From assembly GCA_000004985.1 (NCBI GenBank), contig GG738894.1: a DNA stretch of 64,000 nucleotides, one strand, 5' to 3'. This document shows positions 22,359 to 33,431 of the stretch, piece by piece (within the stretch, counting starts at the first letter, position 1; every line of letters begins with the position of its first letter). Made by a program: the position numbers and the translations under genes. Under the pieces are notes generated by a model. The model saw only the letters and a program-made list of their open reading frames with translations. It was not told the origin of the DNA and did not search any database. This DNA comes from Naegleria gruberi. Lineage: Eukaryota.

Positions 22359-24260
22359 ATGATGTCCAATAACAATAGTATTTGCAATGGATGTTCCTCC
22401 ACAACCACTACCACGATCAATAATAATTCACGTTTCCTCTCTCCAACAGCCTCCTCTGCAGCCAGAAGAAGAGAAACCCTGCTGAGTACTCCAAAGAAAG
22501 CTCCACTCAATTCAGCACCATCATCATCATCAGTTACTCATCCATCATGTAATGTAGCCATGGATGAGAAACAATCTTCATCAAAGAAGAATCATCTCAT
22601 TCATACCCCACCTCCAAATCATCACCATCATCAACATTCAATTATCAAACATACAAATTCTGTACCATCGAAGAGAGGAACACTATTGTACGATCCAAAG
22701 AATGCTCCATCAACAGTCTCTAAATCAAGTTCTAAAACTACACATCAATTAAAACCACAACCATTGCCTCCTACATTTGCCTCACCTCCAAAGAGGAATA
22801 CAACAGTTAATTTCCACTCACCTCGATCAAAAGCTCCAATTCTCAGAACACCTAAATCTCCACCAAATAATTATATTCCTGAAAATCAGAGAGAGGCTTG
22901 GTCTAATTTACAAACTTTGGGTGTGATGAGTCCATATTCTAAGAGCTTATTTAGTCCATCATGTCCAGAAACTCCATTCTACAAGAAACAAGGTAGATTT
23001 GGTAATATTATTCTTCAAACATCACTTTCTAAAATGACAAAGGGAATTATGCTTGATAATGAGGAATATTTGACAGTTGGCTGTTATACACAATGTAATA
23101 TTAGAGTTAATCACAAATGTCTTCTCAAGTTTGATCCTGATTATGATGAAGAAGGTTATCCATGTATATTTTTATGTGTTTATGAAGGAGCAAGTTTAAT
23201 CAAGCTTAATGGAGAAATTCTGGAAGGATTAATTGAGGATGATATGGATGGAATTTTGTTAAAACACGACGATGAGGTTAGAATTATAGACAAGTTGTTT
23301 TACTATGAGAATTTGAATCAATACGAAAGAGAAAAGATGAAACTGGTTAGAGAAGTTGTTTCACAATTGCCATTATTTGATGCTGAGAAGGAAAATCAAC
23401 CAAATCGTATCAATTCTACACCAAAAAAGGAGAATGTTGATGCTAAAACTGAATTATTCAGCCCTCCTCCAACAGGTTTTCCAACCTATGTTGATACCCC
23501 TAAGAGAAAACAGTCAATCACCACTAAGAGAACTTCAAACGTTTCTGCTTATGGATTCCAAATGAATGCTACTTCTTTGGGATCATTTTCAGTTGCCACT
23601 GATTCATCCCTTATCTATGATTGCAATAATGAGAATATGACCTCCACAGGTAGAAAGTCTGTATCATTTGGAGAGTCTGAAGTTGTTGTTTACAAACCTT
23701 CACACGAGCCAAGAAGAGTTTCAGCCAGATTACAAATTGATGACGATCTTTCCACATCTATGAATGATGATTCTACTATTTCTTTTGGATGTGATAATTC
23801 AATGCACGTTGATGATGTAACCATTACACAAAGTAATTTGACAAGTTTAAGTAACCTTTGCCAAATTATTTGCCTCCAAGAAGACCAACAATGTACAGTG
23901 CAACCTGTAATTGATACTGGAAAGCCACCAGTTCTTGATTGTGATGATATAGATTTATTAATCGATGATACTTTTAGCCAACCAAATGTTGAAACTAACA
24001 ATGTTGAGCCAGTTTCCTCAATGGCTATGGATGAGTCACCGGAGCTTTCCCCAAATAAGGAACCAATTATAGATGAAGATTCTGTTGATGCTATTCCAAC
24101 ACCATCAAGCTCTCATTCATCAAAAGCATCCAATTCAAGTTGTAAGAAGAGGACACCACATGTTTATACCTCTTCTGATTCCGAGTCTGATATGTCTAGT
24201 TGTAAGAAGTCTGTTCTTTCTGAGGAAGATGAACGTTTTCTCAACGAAAGATTTGATTAG
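22359..24260 (+). CDS. Ser/Thr/Asn-rich hypothetical protein (about 633 aa)
   Basis: First in-frame ATG at 22359 (MMSNNNSICNG...). The track ORF starts upstream at a GTG. Composition is low-complexity S/T/P-rich. A basic NLS-like tail is encoded in the +1 frame immediately downstream (24266..24441). Confidence 0.5.
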   Translation: MMSNNNSICNGCSSTTTTTINNNSRFLSPTASSAARRRETLLSTPKKAPLNSAPSSSSVTHPSCNVAMDEKQSSSKKNHLIHTPPPNHHHHQHSIIKHTNSVPSKRGTLLYDPKNAPSTVSKSSSKTTHQLKPQPLPPTFASPPKRNTTVNFHSPRSKAPILRTPKSPPNNYIPENQREAWSNLQTLGVMSPYSKSLFSPSCPETPFYKKQGRFGNIILQTSLSKMTKGIMLDNEEYLTVGCYTQCNIRVNHKCLLKFDPDYDEEGYPCIFLCVYEGASLIKLNGEILEGLIEDDMDGILLKHDDEVRIIDKLFYYENLNQYEREKMKLVREVVSQLPLFDAEKENQPNRINSTPKKENVDAKTELFSPPPTGFPTYVDTPKRKQSITTKRTSNVSAYGFQMNATSLGSFSVATDSSLIYDCNNENMTSTGRKSVSFGESEVVVYKPSHEPRRVSARLQIDDDLSTSMNDDSTISFGCDNSMHVDDVTITQSNLTSLSNLCQIICLQEDQQCTVQPVIDTGKPPVLDCDDIDLLIDDTFSQPNVETNNVEPVSSMAMDESPELSPNKEPIIDEDSVDAIPTPSSSHSSKASNSSCKKRTPHVYTSSDSESDMSSCKKSVLSEEDERFLNERFD

Positions 24261-24452
24261 CAGCAATCCAAAGAGATTAAGAGAGGATGAATTAGAAGAA
24301 ATGAATGCACCAAAAAAACGAAAGGAAAGCGTGAGGAGAATTCTTGATTTTAGCAACAATAATGAAACGGTTGAGGAAATTGAGGTTGTTGAGAAACGAA
24401 CTCGTGTTCCAAGAAGAAGACCAAAGCCAACTCAAAAATAAAACCTTTCGTT

Positions 24453-24722
24453 TTGGGTTGTCTGTTTCTGGCCGACTTACTTTCTAATATTCCTCCACAC
24501 CAACCTACTCAAACTAACCCACAACAACCCACCATTCAGCCCACCATGTTTGAAATGCATTTCACACAACAAATTCCAACCACACTTCCATGGAAAGTGC
24601 AATTAACACATGATCCAACTTACAAAGAGGCAACCTTCGGTTATCCCATAACAAACTGTGGGAAGATCTTTCTAATATTATCAGTGATGAATACAAGATG
24701 GTATTTACTAATAGTGTACTAA
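24453..24722 (+). pseudogene. Truncated duplicate of the 5' coding end of the gene at 26330..27301
   Basis: LSNIPPHQPTQTNPQQPTIQPTMFEMH...FGYPITNCG parallels LFPPHETNQTNSQQSTTIQPTMIEMH...FGYPITNYG of the downstream gene. DNA similarity is clear (cctccacac.aa.ctactcaaactaac.cacaacaa; ggttatcccataacaaact.tgg), with the middle part deleted. Confidence 0.4.
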
Positions 24723-24884
24723 TATTGTAATCTATGACAAATTTTAAGCCACTTTTAGTCTATCCTATCTTGTTTACAATAGATTTAACACTTGTGATCC
24801 GTTGTAATCCTTCTTATCACTGACTGTTTTGCAATATTTAAACGAATCAAAAAGACTGATTTTCTTATTCACACAAAAACAAAA

Positions 24885-25859
24885 ATGTCATTGGAAGGTC
24901 TTCTCTATCCTGATAACGGTCATCGTACAGATCGTCTTAACACACTCATTAACGATACATCCTTGTTTTACAATGAGTCCTCTAGATATTTTGAAGAAAT
25001 CCAACAAAAGGTAACTAAAGCCAGTACCCTTATTCAAGGTTTGTATGCAAAATTGAGTCTTCCACCACCACCAATGTCATCAATTCAACTTACTGTTCAG
25101 ACAGGTGGTGTAGGAGAAGATACCAAATTTGCAATGAAAGGTGTTGCCAGTTTGATCACAGCCATTGGAGTAGGTAAATTTGTAAGTGCCCAACTCGAGA
25201 GAGCAGCTATCAGCTACTTGGTAGCCACAGGCAGAATTGGTATTGCAGCATTCGCTCAAGTTGTTGGTTTACCAACTTGGATGAGGGTTGTATGTTTCAC
25301 AGGTGCTGGTGGTGCCTCTATTGTTCTTTCTCTCGTATTGACTGCTGTCATTGATAGTATTGATGGTGCTGTTTGTAGAAGCAACTTGAGAAACTCAATT
25401 AACATTCAAGTACCTGCTCGTGCCTCAATTTACAAGGCCAACAGATTGAATGCTAAATTGTTCGAGGATCTATCCAACTATGTTGCTGTACTCAAATCAA
25501 TGAAACAAAATGGTTGTACAGAGGAACAATTAGAGAATGCACAAAATAACTTTGCACAACGTGTCAAAAAACATGCCAAACAGCTTGACAATGATGATCA
25601 AGGCACAATCAATAACTTGAAAATCCTCGATCAAGATCGTGCTAGTTGGACAAACGAAGACCCAACTGTTGCAGTACCAATTGTCGTTTATCAGGACACT
25701 TCAAACACCAACATGCAAGCTGTTCAAAATGTTGGTGATGATGTTGTTCCAATAGTTGTTGCTGATAATGCTGCTGAAAAGAAGGATCATGCCAAGATTA
25801 AGAAAATATTGCTCTCACTTGGTTATACTGCTGACCAATTAGAAAAAAAAGAAAAGTAA
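24885..25859 (+). CDS. Hypothetical protein (324 aa) with hydrophobic Gly/Ala-rich central segment
   Basis: ATG at 24885 (aaaaATGtca). Hydrophobic stretch GVASLITAIGVGKFVSAQLERAAISYLVATGRIGIAAFAQVVGLPTWMRVVCFTGAGGASIVLSLVLTAVI. Confidence 0.45.
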   Translation: MSLEGLLYPDNGHRTDRLNTLINDTSLFYNESSRYFEEIQQKVTKASTLIQGLYAKLSLPPPPMSSIQLTVQTGGVGEDTKFAMKGVASLITAIGVGKFVSAQLERAAISYLVATGRIGIAAFAQVVGLPTWMRVVCFTGAGGASIVLSLVLTAVIDSIDGAVCRSNLRNSINIQVPARASIYKANRLNAKLFEDLSNYVAVLKSMKQNGCTEEQLENAQNNFAQRVKKHAKQLDNDDQGTINNLKILDQDRASWTNEDPTVAVPIVVYQDTSNTNMQAVQNVGDDVVPIVVADNAAEKKDHAKIKKILLSLGYTADQLEKKEK

Positions 25860-26329
25860 CAAGGAAGTGAGACTGATTTATATGAAATTTTCCAGTTTCG
25901 TGTTGAATATACTTTTTGTTCACATTAATATCACAATAAATATTTATATTATATTATATATTGCATAAGTTGCATTGTTCCTTCTTTTGAGAAATTAAAT
26001 AATGCAAATACTTTATCATAAAAGTAACATTGTTCAATGTCTGTATAGTATTGAACGATGCTATTCAACACCGTCAAGCTCGTTCCTCTTATTCTAACTT
26101 TCTAATAGAACTTTATTAGATGAATATCCTTCCTGAAAACTAAATATGAAATTCTCCATTTATACATATTTGGAAATATATTGGTATTCGAACTGCATTC
26201 CAAATTCATGAATGGAAGGCAAAAAGTTTTTTCTGACATTTCTAGAAAGTGAGTTTGCAAGGCTGTAACACTAAAACCAAGCTTTAAAGTTTTTGCTATT
26301 TGACAGGATAATTTTCAACGACAAACAAA

Positions 26330-27301
26330 ATGAATCCACAACAACCATTATCTTTGTTTCCTCCACACGAAACTAATCAAACTAACTCACAACAATCAAC
26401 CACTATTCAGCCCACTATGATTGAAATGCATGCATCCACATACGAAACTCAAATCATTTCACAACCAATTCATCCAACTACACTTCCATGTCAAGTACAA
26501 TCCAAACCAATCAATCCTAAAACACATGATCCAACTCAATTACAAAGTGGCAACCAATTTGGTTATCCCATAACAAACTATGGAGTACCTTTAGAATATT
26601 ATCAACAAAATCCACCTCCATTGGCTGGCCAATTTGAAAGATTATTCCAACCAATTCCAGATCAGAAAGGCATTCAAATAACTCAATCTGATGAAGGTCA
26701 AACATTTCTCATTACTGCAATGGTTTGCTGTTGTCCATGTGCAACAGGTTACGTTTTTTGTTCTTCATGTTGTTGTAAAGGAGGAACTCATTCCATTGGA
26801 CATACATCATCACCAAGTTGTGATACCTGTGATCGTTGCTGTGATTGCAGTGGTGCTTGTGATACTGCAGCATCATTTATAGTTCTGATCATTATGGCAA
26901 TTATTGCAATTTTAATCTTGACAGCATTAGTGTCAATTCCAATAATTTTACTTGCTTTACCATTTTATTTGTTGTGGAAACTTTACACATTGAAATCTGT
27001 CAAAATTCTTCTCAATGAAGAACGAAGAGAAATTATTGTAACGACAAGAGGAAAATATTTCAAAAAGGATGAAATTCTATCTGAAACAATCATTCCATTT
27101 CATAATATTTTGGAAATTTCTGTTGTGGAATTGGATAAAAAGCATTTCATTGTTGCCAAATGTAAAGGAGATACCAAGATTAACTTTACTCAATTTATTA
27201 CTGACATTTCAGAAAAGGAACTTCAAAAGGGAGTTCAATTCTTAAAGAACTATTTCTCATTGCACGGTGTTGCTGCATTTCAAACAGCAGAGCTTCCATA
27301 A
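26330..27301 (+). CDS. Cys-rich transmembrane protein (hypothetical)
   Basis: Q/T/P-rich N-terminus, then the Cys cluster CCCPCATGYVFCSSCCCKGG...CDTCDRCCDCSGACD, followed by a TM helix FIVLIIMAIIAILILTALVSIPIILLALPFYLLW. Confidence 0.5.
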   Translation: MNPQQPLSLFPPHETNQTNSQQSTTIQPTMIEMHASTYETQIISQPIHPTTLPCQVQSKPINPKTHDPTQLQSGNQFGYPITNYGVPLEYYQQNPPPLAGQFERLFQPIPDQKGIQITQSDEGQTFLITAMVCCCPCATGYVFCSSCCCKGGTHSIGHTSSPSCDTCDRCCDCSGACDTAASFIVLIIMAIIAILILTALVSIPIILLALPFYLLWKLYTLKSVKILLNEERREIIVTTRGKYFKKDEILSETIIPFHNILEISVVELDKKHFIVAKCKGDTKINFTQFITDISEKELQKGVQFLKNYFSLHGVAAFQTAELP

Positions 27302-27497
27302 TAAAATTGTTATTTATGAAAAACAAAGTCACAACTCTGGTCAACCACGAGCAAGGATTATTGTGGATGTTTGGCAACTGAACTAAAGTTCACTTTGAAT
27401 TGCATTCTCACTGTTATCGAAATATATCTAGTCCAAATAATACTTTAAACATTATTAACTAATTTTTGCCTTTGATTATTGATATCTCAGAGATTCA

Positions 27498-29369
27498 CTA
27501 AACGTGGCATCCAAAGTATTGACACTCCATTCTATAATCAAATAAATCTTGGGAAAAAACAAGATAAAATCCATTCGATTTGATTGCTTCCTTTTGAATT
27601 TCCTTGTCGTTTTGGAATTCTTCATCTACTTTTTTCAAAACTGTACCATTTAATCCAACAGCAAGCTTTACGCACTCTATTGAATCCATCATACTTTGTG
27701 GTAAAAGTGAATATTTGAATCCTTTTTTAAGGAGCTTCATTAGAAACTCCTCGTCATCATAATAGTCAGATTCTATAATGAAGGATATATCACTATAATT
27801 GTTGGGATTGAAAAATTCGAGGACAAAATCTCTATCATCCGTAAACATTTCAGGTAGCAAGCCAATATCTAGCTCTGCATTTTTCTTTGCTTGTATTATA
27901 AAGTCTCTATCCGTTTTAAGAAGATCATCTGCATAACGTATCATACTTCCATCAGATTTCAGTGCTGCCATTACAACTTCCTTATCAGATTTGAAAGTGT
28001 CTGCCAATTTGATAATTTTGCCAGTGATTGCCAAGCATTTGAATAGGAATTCTCTATCATCCATCAATAATCTAATAGGGATATATCGGTAGATAGATGT
28101 ATTAAATTTCAATGCTTCTAAAATAAAGTCTTTATCGTTTCTCAACCGACTTGTCACAAATTGGAAAGCATTATCTGTTATTGTTATGCATTTTAACATG
28201 TAATCAGAATTGTCTCTGAGCTCCTCACAATCATAAAACTTGTCATGGAGATAGTTTCTTCCTGATACATGCTCATTTTGTAGAATTTGTTGTACGGCTT
28301 CAATCATGAACTCTCTATCATTCAACAATTTAGGAGAAATATATTGTATTAAATCAATGTCAAAAAGTAGAGACTTGATAGCTAACTCCTTATCATCGTT
28401 AATATTATTCAATTGATTCTTCATTTTTTCTTTCATTTCATTAAGGATTTCATGTCTTGTTAATGTACCATTCCTGTAAAGCTTAATAGATGTCGGATTA
28501 AATGCAACAATATCCATAATGAAATTCTTGTCAGTACGTAACTCCTCAGGTACCAAGACCATAGCAAACGGTGTTAGCTTGGCCAATTCGAGGATAAACT
28601 GTCGATCTGATTTCAATTTGCTTCCCACACAAACACATGCCTCAATAGTAAACTTGAATTTCTTGAATAGATTAATCATAAATTTGTAATCATTCCTTAA
28701 ACGTTCAGAAACCCTCATAAAGTCCACCACTCTCACTGTGCCATCACTTGTAATATTCTGAAGAACATGCTCTTCATCATCCAATAATTCTTCCTCAGAG
28801 AAACAAATCCTATTCATAAAATCTGGTAATTCAAATCCATCCACTTCACACGAGCAGTCCTCATCCTGGTTACGGGTACATGTTAACATATTCGATACAG
28901 TTTCCATACTTTTGGCTAGAATGAGCAAACTAGGTTGTTTCGATTCATCTGATAATTTAATAATCCTGTCCATTATTTCAAATAAGAACATTGGCTTTCT
29001 AAGAATTGGATGCAAATTATTGAATAAATCCTCACTCAATTTCAACTTTCCCGAATTCAATGTATGAATAATAAATTCAGCATCCTTACAAAATTCAATC
29101 GGAATGTACTTTAAAGGATTTTTCATACATTCATATCGATATTCAAACCACTTAATTTTCCCCTTTGTTTGCATTTGAAATTTGTTATAAAGTAATTGTT
29201 GATAATCAACAACATGACAATGATCAGCATCATCACATCTTGTATAAAAATCATTCAATAATAATATTACATTCTCGGAACGATCATCATGATTTACGTG
29301 TTCGGAATTAAAATTGGCAATTTTACTTGCTGGAAAATCAAAGGATTTGTGATCGGCTTTTCTTTTCAT
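27498..29369 (-). CDS. DUF4116-like tandem-repeat protein (623 aa)
   Basis: Repeats: DKNFIMDIVAFNPTSIKLY, DREFMIEAVQQILQNEHV, DKDFILEALKFNTSIYRYIP, DKEVVMAALKSDGSMIRYADDLLKTDRDFIIQAKKN, DKEIQKEAIKSNGFYLVF. Confidence 0.6.
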   Translation of the reverse strand: MKRKADHKSFDFPASKIANFNSEHVNHDDRSENVILLLNDFYTRCDDADHCHVVDYQQLLYNKFQMQTKGKIKWFEYRYECMKNPLKYIPIEFCKDAEFIIHTLNSGKLKLSEDLFNNLHPILRKPMFLFEIMDRIIKLSDESKQPSLLILAKSMETVSNMLTCTRNQDEDCSCEVDGFELPDFMNRICFSEEELLDDEEHVLQNITSDGTVRVVDFMRVSERLRNDYKFMINLFKKFKFTIEACVCVGSKLKSDRQFILELAKLTPFAMVLVPEELRTDKNFIMDIVAFNPTSIKLYRNGTLTRHEILNEMKEKMKNQLNNINDDKELAIKSLLFDIDLIQYISPKLLNDREFMIEAVQQILQNEHVSGRNYLHDKFYDCEELRDNSDYMLKCITITDNAFQFVTSRLRNDKDFILEALKFNTSIYRYIPIRLLMDDREFLFKCLAITGKIIKLADTFKSDKEVVMAALKSDGSMIRYADDLLKTDRDFIIQAKKNAELDIGLLPEMFTDDRDFVLEFFNPNNYSDISFIIESDYYDDEEFLMKLLKKGFKYSLLPQSMMDSIECVKLAVGLNGTVLKKVDEEFQNDKEIQKEAIKSNGFYLVFSQDLFDYRMECQYFGCHV

Positions 29370-29549
29370 TTTTTTTAATATTAAATGACAGTGTCAATCC
29401 ATTTTCGATAATTGAAATTAATCTGTAATCATTCAAAGACTTGAATATTTGAGAAGATGAATGGTGAAATTGTGAATTTGTGAAACGCTTTTGATGATTT
29501 GGAACAAAGAGTGGATGCATCCATAGTTTAATTTCCACTAACTTAAAAA

Positions 29550-31869
29550 ATGGAACAACTTCAACTAACAATACAAAAGAAGGTAAAATATTATTTAACC
29601 ATTGCAGACAAGAACCTCCACAAACAAATATCGCAAATGGTAGAAAACGGAGGAGGGATTATTGTTGATGATATAGATGCTAACACGATTATAGTTACTG
29701 ACGAAAAGGAAAAAAATTTATTTGATCCGACTCAGCATATGCTAATACAAATGTAAGTTTTAATTGCCAAATTGTTCATCTTTAAGTAATAAGCGTAAGA
29801 GAGAAGAGGATGATTTTGTCTCCAACCAATCTGAGAGGNNNNNNNNNNNNNNNNNNNNNNNNNNNNNNNNNNNNNNNNNNNNNNNNNNAAAGTATTCGAA
29901 TTATGTTTCCACCACCATGGCTAAAGAGGATAGTAAAAACTTAAGTACAGCAACGGTTATGTTTATTGGAGATTGTCCAGGTGTAGGGAAGTCTAGATTT
30001 GCATATGAATTACCTGGTTTTTTGAAACATAAATTCAATTCACCACTGAGATATCATTTTGTTAATTTGGCAATTTGGTTCAATTCAGGTTATAATCCAA
30101 CTATTGAAGAAGCAAAAGACAACCTAATTATATCAACTGCAGCAAGAATGATTTTTAGTTACATTACACATGTCAGATCACATAGTTACAATGGAAAAAT
30201 TATGGACGAGTTAACAAGTTTGGCTTTTTATAGGGAAATTTATAATGATTTGCAAAGAAGTGTTTATCCTAATGATCAAACACTTGTAAATGTAATTTCA
30301 TGGATCATTAGAAGGGAATCTAATTTTACTGATTTGCCTGTTTGGATACATTTAACCATTGATGAATATAACCAAGCATTTCAGTACATAACTGATATTT
30401 CTATAATTGACAATTGGTGTATTGCTATTTCAAACATTCATCAAACTGTTAAATTTAGCCGTGATCTGTTTACTAATTTACTCACAGGTACCCATGTTCA
30501 CACCATGATGAATCTCAAATCTGTAGAGTCTGGAGGAGAAGCATTTCTCTCCAGAATTACAATTTCTAAATTCAACAAGGAAGAAAATTACCTTCTTTAC
30601 AAACAAATGAAAATGCCCTACGAAATTAAGTTGTTAAATGCATATCTAACAATGGGAGGACATGCAAGATTATGTGTAGAATTTATCAAAGAATATAGAA
30701 ACACTAAAAGTATTTCAGCTACCCTAAAGGAGCTTCAAAATGTTGTTGGTAATAGGAAACAAGATAGATTTCAACTGAATTTAAATAGAGATGAAATTGA
30801 ATTTTTCTTATCTCTCTGTTTCACAGGTATTACCATTTCAAAGGACTATGTTTTTAACTCCACACCAATTTTACAATATCAGAAGAGTAATATTGTACTT
30901 ATGAAACAAATTTCAACTGACCAAATTTTAATAGAGATACCTCTTTTAATAATATCGGTAATGTTAGAGAAATTATCATCATCATCATTTCTAAACAAAC
31001 TGGGTAACTCTTTTGAACATTGGGAAACATTCAATGATAATTTTGATAATTTTGAGACATTTAATCAACAACTATTAGAGACAAAGCTAAATTGTTTCCA
31101 AAAGCTAAAAGCATTGAATGTTATTAATGAACCTATTACAATCAAAGATTTATTTACAATAGATGTTGATTTTCATGATTATATAATTCAATTAGATAAC
31201 TCCACTTATTCTTCTGTAACACTAGACAAACAGTATCCAATTACCAATGGTATAACTTTAAGTCCTAATATTATTTACAAAAATGGCAAGTCAGCTCCTT
31301 TCGCTGATTTATTTTCATATTTGAAAGTATGTAAACCAGACAAGAGCCAAACCGAATTATTTTGCTATCTACAAGTCAAACATACAAAAAAACAAGCTCA
31401 CATAGGTTTTAAAGATGATATAGAACCTGAATTAAAAAAACTAGAAAATCAAAAAGAAAAGTTATCCAGTGCTCCTATTTTCATGCTTTTTATTAGTAAC
31501 AGACCTCATCTACAAAAACAACCATTGACAAATAATTATACTCAAAAATATAGTGTAATATACTTAGATAATGGAAAGCGTTACTTTAGCCCTTTTTCTG
31601 ATTTATTGAACTGCAATATAGGTATTGAGTTACCAATTAAGGAGTTATCTGTTGATAATTTGAAATATATTTTGGGCAGAAGTTGTACAAAAAGAAAAAG
31701 TTTTCATTTCCGAACATTAGTAAGCGCTATTGGGACAGCTAATGAGAATGAAATAGCTACTATACTTGTACAATTCTGTGATGAAGAAATGCTCAGTAGT
31801 ATGCTGAGTTTCGTGAAAGAAAAAGAAATAATCAAGGAAGCATTGGCTCTACTGGTACAATCGAATTGA
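29550..31869 (+). CDS. BRCT-like N-terminal domain fused to a P-loop NTPase. Exons 29550..29752 and 29787..31869; 50-N gap at 29839-29888.
   Basis: Exon 1: MEQLQLTIQKKVKYYLTIADKNLHKQISQMVENGGGIIVDDIDANTIIVTDEK (BRCT-like pattern). A 34-nt intron 29753..29786 (GTAAGT...TTTAAG) joins in frame to a basic linker INKRKREEDD. Walker A: VMFIGDCPGVGKSRF. Walker B about 130 aa downstream: LPVWIHLTIDEYNQ. Confidence 0.55.
29839..29888. other. Assembly gap (50 N)
   Basis: Run of N. Confidence 0.99.
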
Positions 31870-32521
31870 GATGCCGAATTCATCTCCATGTGATATTGAT
31901 TAGTTCCTTGTACATATTCAGATCTCACAATGAATATAATTTTGTAAGGTTGGCAAAAGGTGATTGAGATCTTTGGGATATTACAAAAAAAGGTGAATTA
32001 ATGGCTACTTCTTGTAATGGTTGTTTTTCAATTGGAAAAATTCTGAATGTCGTAGAATTGATTCATTCAACAGTAAGCTCTTGGAACAATATCAAGTGAT
32101 GATTTCACACTAGCCGTCATTCAATCACTCCTAGGACAGACCTATGAAAAATTGGAAAAAAAAACAATTCACTTGGCAACCTTAATCAATCATTGATTTC
32201 CACAAAATCCAATTTGACCTGGAATGTTCAATGTGTTTGTAATATATTGTTATCCATTTACTCAATATTCTAATTTTCTCCAATTTAGAATCTGAAAAGA
32301 TATAAAAGTACCAACTAAACCTTCATTCTGTTTTATGATAAAATTACAACAAATTGACTGACGGACTAATGCTGAATTATCTTGAAAAATACCACCATTT
32401 GAGAATCATCCATCTATGCGTGCTAAATGTCCCTAAAAATACAATGAGGATCATCTGCCAATTTAAAGCGGACTAAACTATTTGTCTCAACACTCAACCA
32501 AATACAAAAAAAATATTAGAA

Positions 32522-33406
32522 ATGCTATCACAACAAACTAAACACTTTGCTAAGAGATCCTCTAGTGCCATCTTAGCCTATCAACAATTACTCAACAATT
32601 CCTTTAAACTTTCCCATACAGCTCAAACAGTTTCCAATAAATGGGATCATCAACCTTCGGATAAACCAATGTTTACAAAGGACATGGTTCTAGATCATTA
32701 CAAGGCACACATTCCTCTTGCCCAAACTAAATTCCGTGGCTATGGAACAGATGGAATCCACACAAATGTTGAAGAATTAGAAAAATTCGAAGTCAAACGA
32801 TCATACAAACCAGTTGACTTGACTGATAAGACAGCTCTTGCAATTATGAAGTTTTTGAGAGTTTTCGTCCATGGATTCTTTGGAAATCGTTACATTCACC
32901 ATGCAGTTGTCTTGGAAACAGTCGCAGCAGTTCCTGGTATCGTTGCAGGTGGCTGGAGACATTTCAGTTCATTGAGATTGATGAGAAGAGATCATGGACA
33001 TATTGGAGAATTAATGGAAGAAGCTGAGAATGAAAGAATGCACTTGTTAACATGGATGGAAATGACAAAACCAACCTTCCTGGAAAGATTACTGGTTGTG
33101 GGAGCTCAAGTTGCCTTTACTTCATTTTACACTGGTGCCTATTTTGTAAATCCAAGATTTTGTCATCGTTTGGTTGGATATTTGGAAGAGGAAGCAGTGG
33201 GTGCCTATACTGAATTTTTGAATGCTATTGATAATGGAGACATTCCAAATTGTAAAGCTCCAGAAATTGCATTGAAATATTGGAATTTGAAACCAGATGC
33301 AACAATGAGAGATGTTGTATTGGTAATTAGAGGTGATGAATGTATGCACAGAGATTACAATCATGACATGTCTGATAAACATAGAGCAGGAGTTGAAGGT
33401 CAATAA
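32522..33406 (+). CDS. AOX: Mitochondrial alternative oxidase (AOX, di-iron ubiquinol oxidase)
   Basis: Basic/Ser-rich presequence MLSQQTKHFAKRSSSAIL. Di-iron carboxylate motifs are present: AVVLETVAAVPG (LET), ENERMHLLTW (E..H), LEEEAVGAY, RGDECMHRDYNH (E..H). Single 294-aa ORF. Confidence 0.9.
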   Translation: MLSQQTKHFAKRSSSAILAYQQLLNNSFKLSHTAQTVSNKWDHQPSDKPMFTKDMVLDHYKAHIPLAQTKFRGYGTDGIHTNVEELEKFEVKRSYKPVDLTDKTALAIMKFLRVFVHGFFGNRYIHHAVVLETVAAVPGIVAGGWRHFSSLRLMRRDHGHIGELMEEAENERMHLLTWMEMTKPTFLERLLVVGAQVAFTSFYTGAYFVNPRFCHRLVGYLEEEAVGAYTEFLNAIDNGDIPNCKAPEIALKYWNLKPDATMRDVVLVIRGDECMHRDYNHDMSDKHRAGVEGQ

Positions 33407-33431
33407 ATAAACTCAACCATTCCATTATTCC

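Noticed and set aside
24885-25859. Possible horizontally acquired gene because of Gly/Ala-rich hydrophobic core and slightly higher GC
   Set aside because: Composition difference is small, the ATG context matches neighbours, and no prokaryotic motif was recognised. Left as hypothetical.
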